Source: a virus. From it: DNA of 64,000 bases. This document shows, piece by piece, positions 56,809 to 64,000 of this stretch (positions are counted from its first letter, which is position 1; each line of letters starts with the position of its first letter). The notes below the pieces were generated by a model that saw nothing but the letters and a program-made list of their open reading frames with translations, did not search any database and was not told the origin of the DNA. The position numbers were made by a program, and so were the translations under genes. The stretch lies in IMG/VR virus record IMGVR_UViG_3300018915_000002. One strand, given 5' to 3'.

Positions 56809-57033
56809 ATGAGCATCGAAGAAATCGAGATCATCGAACAACAGGAGTGGATTGTTTTAGCTGCCCATCCACCAGTCGTTTTGAAATGGGCGCAATTGTG
56901 CCAACAGTCAGAGCGACTGATCTCCCAACATCTACGCTATCGAGAGATGGCAGGAGAACCGCAATTGCTAGTTACAAGAAGCTTGTGGTCATGGGCTACA
57001 GGTGATGAAGCAGCTACCAGCACTGGAGAATAA
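56809..57033 (+). CDS. Hypothetical protein
   Basis: Coupled ORF. Confidence 0.5.
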   Translation: MSIEEIEIIEQQEWIVLAAHPPVVLKWAQLCQQSERLISQHLRYREMAGEPQLLVTRSLWSWATGDEAATSTGE

Positions 57034-57037
57034 TTCA

Positions 57038-57301
57038 ATGAAAAAAATCTCTTGGTTAGACAGCGGCGGAGTTCAATACTCTTCCATCCATATATCTGCC
57101 GATGAGGGGGAAAGCACCCTATGTGGCTATCCTCCCATGAGAAACCACCGCAGCAAAATCTGGCAAATAGCACAAGCCCCAAAGCGTAAGCAGGGGCAAA
57201 GCAACAGATGTAAAACGTGTTTCTCCAAGGCGCATCAAGCAGGCAATAAGTCTGTTAAAGACTGGTTTTCTGCACCGAGCCAAACCCTATTACAGGATTA
57301 A
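57038..57301 (+). CDS. Small protein with His/Cys motif (H...TLCG...CKTC)
   Basis: Putative Zn finger. Confidence 0.55.
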   Translation: MKKISWLDSGGVQYSSIHISADEGESTLCGYPPMRNHRSKIWQIAQAPKRKQGQSNRCKTCFSKAHQAGNKSVKDWFSAPSQTLLQD

Positions 57302-57305
57302 TGAT

Positions 57306-57503
57306 ATGTCAGTACCAGATGAAGTTTGGGTTGTCGCCTCAAAGCCTAAGTCAGGCTTGCCTAAGGCAGCCAAAATAGCCGAAGGGTTGTTTCATCTAAC
57401 ACCGGAGGATGCGAAGGCTCAACTGTCTGCAATGGAACACCCTGAATACTATGGTGTTTATCCCGCCTTACTTCAAATCCTAGAGCCAGTTCAAGACAAA
57501 TAA
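57306..57503 (+). CDS. Hypothetical protein
   Basis: Coupled ORF. Confidence 0.5.
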   Translation: MSVPDEVWVVASKPKSGLPKAAKIAEGLFHLTPEDAKAQLSAMEHPEYYGVYPALLQILEPVQDK

Positions 57504-57538
57504 CTCTTGCTCAACTGAGACTCTCCCACTAATTAAAA

Positions 57539-57573
57539 ACCCCGTACTCAATGCCTGAGTGCGGGGTCTTTTT
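57539..57573. terminator. Repeated terminator hairpin, copy 3 of 3 (bidirectional)
   Basis: AAAACCCCGTACTCA-atgc-CTGAGTGCGGGGTCTTTTT. Confidence 0.8.
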
Positions 57574-57578
57574 CTTGT

Positions 57579-57592
57579 CACGGAGTTCCGTG
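57579..57592. repeat. CACGG-N4-CCGTG palindrome #19
   Basis: CACGGAGTTCCGTG, next to the AIPR stop. Confidence 0.9.
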
Positions 57593-57593
57593 T

Positions 57594-58829
57594 TTAGTTG
57601 AGGCTCTTATTTTTCTCCCGAATCTGGGACGGGATGCGACCGTTTGACTCAGATCCTCGCCTGATCATTTCCCGTAGATAACGGGTTTCAAACTCCTTTG
57701 CTGAAGTGTAGAGGTTGATCCACACTTCTTCGTTCCTGAGGATTCCGCCTATATTGCGCCTATCCTTTTCCCACTCCTTATTAAGATACGAGGCGTAATC
57801 TTTCCAAAGTACATCGATCACTTCGCGGAGGAGATTGTCGTCCTGGTCAAGATCCTTGTCGAGTGGTAGTTGCCACTTGTCGTCCACAATAAAAGCCCGT
57901 AGGGCTGCCACGACAGGCAGAGCAAAAACACTAGGGATGGCAAAAGGAATCACGGTTCCGTCCACCAGCAGAGAATCTTGTTGAGTTCCCTCTGGCTTAA
58001 TTCCAGGTAGCTTCTTGGGGTTGCCTGCTACCTTTTGGCAAATCAATTTTTCCGCCACGACAGCGACAGGCAGGCAATCTTCGATCAAAGCCTCTGCCCG
58101 ATCAATCGTCTTGACATCCATAACCACAGAGCCACCCCCAACAACGGAAACAGGATGCTGTTTCTTTTTGGCATCGAATCGGATACTGTCCATTGCTGTT
58201 AGCAGCTTAATGACATGGACTACTGTCTGCCGCGTCGATTTTGTCCTGTTTTCTGCTTCTGCCTGGTTTTGGTAATACGAGATAGTTTTAAACCCTTGTT
58301 CCTCTAGAGCCATCTTCAAAACATCAAACGTTCCATACTTGAAAAGGATTGAGGCGCGATCCACCTTCTCTGCGGTATTGAGATGGACAACCGCGTTTTT
58401 GACGGCATCATCCAGTACCCCTACGTTTACGCGAATCACAACATACGCCTCGGTCAGATCGGCTGACTGCGTCCAAGCCTGTTTAATTGCATTGATAGTA
58501 TGACCCCCGTTTGCTACCCCGTGCAATTTTGGAAGCATCTTCACTGCGAGCTTACACGGGTTTCCTGCGGCATCATACTTGAATTCAGCATCTTCCGCTA
58601 TCAATACGATACCTAAATTAGACTTCAAGAAATCCCTTGGACTCTCCATTAACGTCTGGATCATTCCTTTGACAGTCTTAGATTGCGACTTTGCTCGACG
58701 CAAATTAGCGTCAAGAGGCATTTTGTCAAATGGAATGTTAGCAGCACAGACGATCGCTATGTAATATATTTCTTTTCCGTGCCGAAATTGATCGGCGGCA
58801 GCCACTGGGAATACTATGTTCGTCGCCAT
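57594..58829 (-). CDS. AIPR family protein
   Basis: DANLR...V.GM.QTL.ESP.DF...NLGIVLIA...GVANGGHT..AI...VVIRV...HLNT. Confidence 0.8.
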   Translation of the reverse strand: MATNIVFPVAAADQFRHGKEIYYIAIVCAANIPFDKMPLDANLRRAKSQSKTVKGMIQTLMESPRDFLKSNLGIVLIAEDAEFKYDAAGNPCKLAVKMLPKLHGVANGGHTINAIKQAWTQSADLTEAYVVIRVNVGVLDDAVKNAVVHLNTAEKVDRASILFKYGTFDVLKMALEEQGFKTISYYQNQAEAENRTKSTRQTVVHVIKLLTAMDSIRFDAKKKQHPVSVVGGGSVVMDVKTIDRAEALIEDCLPVAVVAEKLICQKVAGNPKKLPGIKPEGTQQDSLLVDGTVIPFAIPSVFALPVVAALRAFIVDDKWQLPLDKDLDQDDNLLREVIDVLWKDYASYLNKEWEKDRRNIGGILRNEEVWINLYTSAKEFETRYLREMIRRGSESNGRIPSQIREKNKSLN

Positions 58830-58959
58830 TGCACTAATTTAATACCGTTACAATTAAATGCTACCCTGAACTCAGGATCTGCGTAGATTTCTCTTTTCCA
58901 CAAAGCCTTAAATGTCTACAGATGTGATAACATAGTATTATGTAAAGCAATACCATGAC

Positions 58960-59343
58960 ATGACTGAAGTTCTGCTATCGATTCAGAAGAATCAACGCCA
59001 ATTCAACGCCAGTCTAATACAGGCTCCCAATACTTCCAAGCAGCACACGCATGGAAGTGTTGGCGATCGCACTAAGACTGAAGCCGTCAATAAAGCCTAT
59101 CGAATGGCGCATCAGAAGCGACTGAGTATCTCTCATGTATTTGATGAGGACGAGATGAGATCGCTCCCCGTCCATCAGTACAAGATTGGAGACTCAGTTA
59201 TGAGTTCTGCGCCAAAAGCACCCAATTGCGAAGGAGTTATCGATTCCTTTGAGGGGTGGAATGTAGACGGAGTTCCTCAGTACTGGATGGTCGGTGGAGG
59301 TCGTCAACTCGTTTTAGAGAATGAGATTAAGGTGATCAAATGA
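58960..59343 (+). CDS. Hypothetical accessory protein (C-terminal SH3-like region)
   Basis: HQYKIGDSV...GVI...Y...VLENEI. Confidence 0.55.
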   Translation: MTEVLLSIQKNQRQFNASLIQAPNTSKQHTHGSVGDRTKTEAVNKAYRMAHQKRLSISHVFDEDEMRSLPVHQYKIGDSVMSSAPKAPNCEGVIDSFEGWNVDGVPQYWMVGGGRQLVLENEIKVIK

Positions 59344-59477
59344 AAAACAGCGCCGCCATTATAGTTACGAAAGAAGAAGCCAAAAGGCTTCTAGAGTAAG
59401 GCTATTGTCCCCCTCACCTGAAGAGCCGATGGTAATGGGGCACTTATCGCCTTGTCGAAAAGCCAAGCGATTTCTAA
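59340..59477 (+). pseudogene. Degraded small ORF with two in-frame TAA codons
   Basis: MKNSAAIIVTKEEAKRLLE*GYCPPHLKSRW*WGTYRLVEKPSDF*, with ATGA coupling to the upstream gene. Confidence 0.35.
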
Positions 59478-59511
59478 TTGCAAAATGCCCGTGATTGCTG
59501 CCCTGCACTAG

Positions 59512-59973
59512 CTAAGTGCGGGGCTTTTTTGTGCCTAAAATCTGGTTTAGTGCTTCTTCGACCAGCGATCGCAGCTTCTCATCCGGAACCATCTGGGACA
59601 ACTGGGGCAGTATTCGTTCAGCCCTGCGACAAATCAGGATTTTCCCTGCTTTCGACTTCCGCTGCTGCATTGAAAGCCCAGCAAAAATGTGAGTTTGACA
59701 GAACACTCTGGCTTGATCCAGGTAGATGACAGACTGTTGAGCCATTTTGAGTTTTTCTGCTTCTATGTTCAGGTTCAGGCGATCGCCATTGAGTATCCGC
59801 ATCTTCTCTAAATTCTCAAGGAACGTCTCCTCAGACATTTCGCCATCAACTACCTTTCTTAGGAGAGGAGCGGAGATCGGAATTTTGATGAATTCTTCCG
59901 GGTCAATCCTTCGCCTCATCATCTCTTCCGTAATCCTTGTTAGAACCTCTTCCTGCTGCTTAGTAAGTTCCAT
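59512..59973 (-). CDS. Hypothetical helical protein
   Basis: 153-aa ORF. Confidence 0.6.
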   Translation of the reverse strand: MELTKQQEEVLTRITEEMMRRRIDPEEFIKIPISAPLLRKVVDGEMSEETFLENLEKMRILNGDRLNLNIEAEKLKMAQQSVIYLDQARVFCQTHIFAGLSMQQRKSKAGKILICRRAERILPQLSQMVPDEKLRSLVEEALNQILGTKKPRT

Positions 59974-60030
59974 GATTAGTTAAACGCACTGCTGCAATTA
60001 ATCGTAGCTTAAAGCCTGTACAGTGTTCGC

Positions 60031-60044
60031 CACGGAGTTCCGTG
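60031..60044. repeat. CACGG-N4-CCGTG palindrome #20
   Basis: CACGGAGTTCCGTG, between divergent genes. Confidence 0.9.
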
Positions 60045-60114
60045 GTGAGCTTTTGAGGATAGTAAATGTGATAACATGGTAGTAGGTAAAGCAAACCATG
60101 AGACAAGATAAAAT

Positions 60115-60600
60115 ATGACACCACCAGTAGCTGCAAAACTCCAAGTGATCACATGTATCGACAGAATGTCCATTAAGTATGTACAAAAACTGTGCAACGA
60201 GACCCGGATTATCTGGGATTACGCACGAAATCGGATAGTCTTACCATCGGAGAACTACTCCAACAAGAAATACTTTCCTGGGGGAATACTTCTTTTTGAC
60301 ATGGACTCTCTACGAGTCTGGAGTTTTGATTCAGTAGAAAGTGCGATCGTATTCCTTGAAAACAGGCTCAAAGGCTATGCTCAGTTTTTCCCCAAAATAA
60401 AGCCACTCAGCTTCTATTCCGAGAAGGCTGACGAACCAGAGTCCTATCACATATACGACAAAAACAACCTTGCCCACCTTACGACAGCATATTCGTCGCA
60501 CCTTGAAGTCTGCTATGAGAATCGGGCAAACAAGTATCTGTGGAGCAAGTTAAAGCTAAACCCACAGGATGAATGTGCTGAACACAATGGTGGCAGCTAA
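60115..60600 (+). CDS. Hypothetical accessory protein
   Basis: ORF after a promoter/leader unit. Confidence 0.55.
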   Translation: MTPPVAAKLQVITCIDRMSIKYVQKLCNETRIIWDYARNRIVLPSENYSNKKYFPGGILLFDMDSLRVWSFDSVESAIVFLENRLKGYAQFFPKIKPLSFYSEKADEPESYHIYDKNNLAHLTTAYSSHLEVCYENRANKYLWSKLKLNPQDECAEHNGGS

Positions 60601-60620
60601 CACGATTAAGGAGCAAAACC

Positions 60621-61025
60621 GTGAGCGAAATCACGAACTACATAGAAGTGAGTCATGAAATCACCAAGGAAGGATATCTTTCTATCAATGTTATTTTCAA
60701 CAGGATTCCGCCAGTTGAGCAATTTGGACAGAATTTAATTGTTTCTCAGACTGAAGCAAAGCAAGCTTTAAGTGGCTTACTTTGGCAATCCAACGATTAC
60801 CCTGATGATCTAAGAGAACAATTGGTTCAAGTCCTTGATTCTTGGCGCAATCCATCTCAAGGACATGGAAAGGGAAGGACGAGGGTTCTATTCTATTTCC
60901 AAAAATCAGATGATCCAGAATCTCGAAAACAGCAGGTGATTACCTACATGAAGCAGAGATGGAATGGATCTTTCTATCAGTCTGACTTTAACAGTCAGTT
61001 TCAGGTTGACGATATAAATCAGTAG
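60621..61025 (+). CDS. Hypothetical accessory protein
   Basis: AGGAGCAAAACCGTG leader. Confidence 0.6.
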   Translation: MSEITNYIEVSHEITKEGYLSINVIFNRIPPVEQFGQNLIVSQTEAKQALSGLLWQSNDYPDDLREQLVQVLDSWRNPSQGHGKGRTRVLFYFQKSDDPESRKQQVITYMKQRWNGSFYQSDFNSQFQVDDINQ

Positions 61026-61040
61026 CGACGCACCCTCCAC

Positions 61041-61054
61041 CACGGAACTCCGTG
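61041..61054. repeat. CACGG-N4-CCGTG palindrome #21
   Basis: CACGGAACTCCGTG, after a stop and before a terminator. Confidence 0.9.
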
Positions 61055-61123
61055 CCACACACAGCCCTCTAGACAACAGGTTTAGAGGGCTATTTTGTTA
61101 TAATGAAAAGTGACGCTATTTAA

Positions 61124-61429
61124 GTGAAAGCTATGACAAACATTCAAAAGCAATCAAGCCTGACTGAATGGCAACTGTGCCAGATATCAAGTGGCTGGTA
61201 CAGGTTAGTCTCTCCTCTGCCAATGAGTACTCATGGGGAAACTCTCCGAGATATCATAGTATCTACTTACGACAAAAAAACCTACGCCCTTTATTTGGAT
61301 GCCCTTGAAGAACTAAGGGGTATTCAAGAACGCGAAAGTGTCTTCCCTCGTGATGTTCCCGACACCTTTGTTGAGGCAATTGACCAAGCGATCCTGTTAG
61401 TCAAGCAAAGGCTTGAAGCTAGTTCGTAA
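61124..61429 (+). CDS. Hypothetical accessory protein
   Basis: TGTTATAAT at 61096-61104. Confidence 0.55.
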   Translation: MKAMTNIQKQSSLTEWQLCQISSGWYRLVSPLPMSTHGETLRDIIVSTYDKKTYALYLDALEELRGIQERESVFPRDVPDTFVEAIDQAILLVKQRLEASS

Positions 61430-61449
61430 ACAACAATCTATCGGCACTC

Positions 61450-61920
61450 ATGACAATCAGAATAAAAAAATTTACGCCTGAACAGTCTGCCGCACTTCGC
61501 GGCTACGAAAAGGCGGCAAAAGACTTCCCTGTTGGAGTGATATTTATCTTTAACAGGGAGACACTTGGAGGAACCCTCTGGTTTGACAAGGTTCCTTACC
61601 CGATCAACTCAGCCCGACAGCTTAAAAGAGTGTTCAAAGAGCTGTCTGCCTCACGAACAATTGAGTACGCACAGCCGATTCGCACTGAACCGGAAAAGCC
61701 CAAGTCAGAATTTGATGCCTTAGTAGCTCGTGCTAAGAAGGCGATCATAAATGACGAATCAGTCATTTATGATGTGGCTGATTATCGGGGGCAACTACTC
61801 GACAATGTCAAAAACACCCGCTGGTTTCTAGACGAGGTGTGCTTGCGCCTTTGCAATGACTATGCAAAGTACAGACACCTCACCTGCTATCTACCACGCG
61901 ATTCATTTTATGAGGTTTAA
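61450..61920 (+). CDS. Hypothetical accessory protein
   Basis: ORF track. Confidence 0.55.
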   Translation: MTIRIKKFTPEQSAALRGYEKAAKDFPVGVIFIFNRETLGGTLWFDKVPYPINSARQLKRVFKELSASRTIEYAQPIRTEPEKPKSEFDALVARAKKAIINDESVIYDVADYRGQLLDNVKNTRWFLDEVCLRLCNDYAKYRHLTCYLPRDSFYEV

Positions 61921-61938
61921 GTCAAAGGAAGCAAAACC

Positions 61939-62622
61939 ATGACTCAAGAATTAAGAATGCTGCTTAAGGTGAGCATTCATGCCATCAAATCCCATAAAAG
62001 TGACCTCTGGAACGCTACTTTTACAGGTGATGGCACAAAGCGTTCAGGAGCAACACCTTTTGAAGCTATCCGTAACTACCTTGATTGGGTAGAAGAAAGG
62101 CTGCAATCTAATGATACCGATGAAGCGATCGCCTCTGATTTAGGGATTGGGGTTGAGTGGATTGATTTGCTTAAAGAAGTCTTGAAAAAGGAGAGCGATC
62201 ACACTCAACCCCCCCCTATAACCGACAGCCCCTTGGAGCAAAGGATTATCATGCAAACCCAAGAAAAACTTGACAACGGAATCTTAGAGGTGGACTTAGA
62301 CCTCTATCAAAAATCTGAAGAATATCGAATTGAATGCGCTAAAATCTTTAGTCCTCCACCCCCAAGTGAGAAGTTAACGGTTTGGCTTGTTGAGTCTATT
62401 GATGGTGTTCCTGTCTCTTACGACTCACTAACTTACATACAAACAGTCATTGACAGACTGAGTGAAGGCATGGTTATCGCAACAAAAGCAGAATACGAAA
62501 AAGCCGAACAATATCTTCTAGCTACTCTAGATAATCACCAACCCACTGCGATGGAACTGTCCAACTGGGACACCGCCCTTGGAATTGCTTTCGGGAGCAA
62601 GCCCGAAACAACTGAGGCTTAA
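61939..62622 (+). CDS. Hypothetical accessory protein
   Basis: GAAGCAAAACCATG leader. Confidence 0.6.
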   Translation: MTQELRMLLKVSIHAIKSHKSDLWNATFTGDGTKRSGATPFEAIRNYLDWVEERLQSNDTDEAIASDLGIGVEWIDLLKEVLKKESDHTQPPPITDSPLEQRIIMQTQEKLDNGILEVDLDLYQKSEEYRIECAKIFSPPPPSEKLTVWLVESIDGVPVSYDSLTYIQTVIDRLSEGMVIATKAEYEKAEQYLLATLDNHQPTAMELSNWDTALGIAFGSKPETTEA

Positions 62623-62657
62623 AATCCTGTCCAAGGGTTTATCCGCTCATTAGGAGC

Positions 62658-62745
62658 TATCACCCCTGAAAACCAAAAAGACCCCCTAGGAAGCGATTCT
62701 AGAGGGGTCTTTTTATTGAGAAGAAATATCAATAATTGAAAGTGG
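62658..62745 (+). repeat. 88-bp direct repeat, copy A (terminator plus short inverted repeat)
   Basis: 81 of 88 bases identical to 63515-63602 by manual alignment. Confidence 0.9.
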
Positions 62746-62773
62746 GAGGTGCGATCTCATAACTCCATGTTGT

Positions 62774-62977
62774 CTAAAATTTTTTAGAACATTTCGGGCA
62801 AATCGTCGTTGTTTTATAAGATTCAAATTTGCGATCGCTGCAAATTTGAAGTCCTATTGATATTGCCGCAGATCTTTCTTTCTCCCAGTCGGGAAAAAGA
62901 TCGGCTGGAGACGCTTCACATAGTCGGCATCCAATTTCGTAATGCTGATGTTTTGAGCAAATGCCAGCCATGTTCAT
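62774..62977 (-). CDS. Small Cys-rich protein
   Basis: CSKH....GCRLC...CS...CPKC. Confidence 0.55.
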   Translation of the reverse strand: MNMAGICSKHQHYEIGCRLCEASPADLFPDWEKERSAAISIGLQICSDRKFESYKTTTICPKCSKKF

Positions 62978-63258
62978 ACTCTTTGAGTGTGATCGTGCCC
63001 TTCTTCAAAATGCAAACCTTTCTCTTCACAAATCAACCAGCATTTTCGCTGCATTGATACTACCCACTCCCCAAAATCAGTATCACTTACCCCACTGGAT
63101 ATCTCGCCAAGCTTTAGTGGTTCTTCTGGAATGACAATCAACAGTGCCTCCCATTCGTCTATCTCATTCTGTTGGAGCGTTCGCCAGTAGGAAGTAGCTA
63201 CAATCCACGGGATAACTATGCGATTGTATATTGGAGTGCTGGGTAGTGTTTCGGTCAT
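62974..63258 (-). CDS. Hypothetical protein
   Basis: ATGA-coupled to the Cys-rich gene. Confidence 0.5.
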   Translation of the reverse strand: MTETLPSTPIYNRIVIPWIVATSYWRTLQQNEIDEWEALLIVIPEEPLKLGEISSGVSDTDFGEWVVSMQRKCWLICEEKGLHFEEGHDHTQRV

Positions 63259-63514
63259 ACGCGATCACGTCAATTACTCCCAAATTCTACCCAACCCTAG
63301 CCGAATGCTACTCTCAGTAGATAGACACGCGATAAGCAGCCTCTAAGCGATCGCACAAGAAGGCACCTACCCAGAGCCTTACGCGACTCAACTAGCCGAG
63401 TCAACTCTTAAGTTGGGTACAACAACCGTCCATGTTGATAGCGACGGTAAGCTTTACTTCAATTAAGGTTTACGGCTTAAATCCCCTTTAACCGACCACT
63501 CCTTCTTCAGGACG

Positions 63515-63602
63515 TATCACCCCTGAGATTCAAAAAGACCCCCTAGAAAGCGATTCTAGAGGGGTCTTTTTATTGAGAAGGAATATCAATAACCGAAAGT
63601 GG
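63515..63602 (+). repeat. 88-bp direct repeat, copy B
   Basis: See copy A; ends about 80 bp upstream of the recombinase start. Confidence 0.9.
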
Positions 63603-63681
63603 TAGGGGTAAAGGGGGTAAAAAGCGGGGTTTTATACAATAGTAGTCTGCTACTATTGTATGAATTGAATAAAACCAAAAT

Positions 63682-64000
63682 ATGACCAAAATAGAGGATT
63701 TTGCAGAAGACTGGCTCGCAACAAAGAGCCGACAGACCGCTATTTCGTACAGAAATACGTTAAGGCAATTCATGCGGGAGGTCTGTACGGATTTTGAGGA
63801 TATCAAGTTAGGGAGTATTTTTCGATGGCTTGATGAATTGGATGTTGCTGATACCACTCGGAACAAGCACATCAATATTTTGAAGTCATTTTTCTCTGAC
63901 ATGGTGCGACTGGATACGTGCCCTATGACGAGATCGCCGTTTCCTCCTAGGCATCGGAAGTATTCTGATGATCATAAACGTGCAGAGCGAATACTTTCGC
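63682..64000 (+). CDS. Tyrosine recombinase/integrase, N-terminal core-binding domain (3'-truncated by window edge)
   Basis: Translated by hand: MTKIEDFAEDWLATKSRQTAISYRNTLRQF...ADTTRNKHINILKSFFSDMVRL...SPF...AERILS. This matches the XerD-like N-terminal pattern; catalytic residues are outside the window. Confidence 0.75.
   Translation, partial: MTKIEDFAEDWLATKSRQTAISYRNTLRQFMREVCTDFEDIKLGSIFRWLDELDVADTTRNKHINILKSFFSDMVRLDTCPMTRSPFPPRHRKYSDDHKRAERILS

Larger units (their letters stand above)
1..64000. mobile_element. Cyanobacterial myovirus-like phage/prophage region (both ends outside the window)
   Basis: Portal, protease, capsid, connector, sheath, tube, baseplate and fibres; integrase-like gene; dense HIP1 (GCGATCGC); no host housekeeping genes. 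Confidence 0.9.

Noticed and set aside
59340-59477. Stop-codon reassignment suggested by two in-frame TAA codons
   Set aside because: TAA ends many intact genes in the window; local decay is simpler.
4878-61054. CACGG-N4-CCGTG repeats as a CRISPR array
   Set aside because: Only 14 bp, dispersed at kb distances, with no regular spacers and no cas genes.
4878-61054. The palindromes as ordinary intrinsic terminators
   Set aside because: Most have only 5-7-bp stems and no U-tract, and several sit beside a separate real terminator. The primary sequence, including the spacer, is conserved.
63347-63466. Start-less fragment AIAQEGTYPEPYATQLAES...DSDGKLYFN* as a gene
   Set aside because: An in-frame stop lies immediately upstream and there is no start; at most a remnant.
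63570-63902. 110-aa minus-strand ORF
   Set aside because: It is the antisense shadow of the recombinase ORF starting at 63682.
1-64000. Extracellular contractile injection system or tailocin instead of a phage
   Set aside because: Portal, protease, major capsid and connector genes are present.
1-64000. tRNA, rRNA, IS elements, introns or inteins
   Set aside because: None recognised by eye; tRNAscan and Rfam searches were not run.

Overview
This is a 64-kb slice of a large, probably temperate, contractile-tailed (myovirus-like) phage or prophage of a HIP1-rich cyanobacterium; I counted roughly 50 GCGATCGC sites by eye. Recognisable genes are a tail-fibre/spike cluster (1-10.4 kb), neck genes, a baseplate wedge, a baseplate-J-like gene, head-tail connector, major capsid, protease/scaffold, portal, sheath and tube. 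Also present are RuvC, two C5 DNA methyltransferases, a DpdA/TGT-like protein, DUF5131, a stand-alone GAF protein, an AIPR-family protein and the 5' end of a tyrosine recombinase at the right edge. The virion genes are scattered on both strands among small accessory genes, many with their own extended -10 promoter, a shared AGCAAAACCATG start context and re-used terminator hairpins. The strongest unexplained signal is a 14-bp palindrome, CACGG-N4-CCGTG (consensus CACGGAACTCCGTG). It occurs 21 times, almost all at gene junctions, and consecutive copies are never more than about 5.5 kb apart. Other highlights are an apparent second, diverged portal paralog, a possible daisy-chain of fibre proteins with matching N- and C-terminal motifs, a multi-TRD-like methyltransferase, a conserved hairpin leader on the head and tail operons, and an 88-bp direct repeat next to the recombinase. 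All protein calls come from motif recognition by eye; no database search was run.
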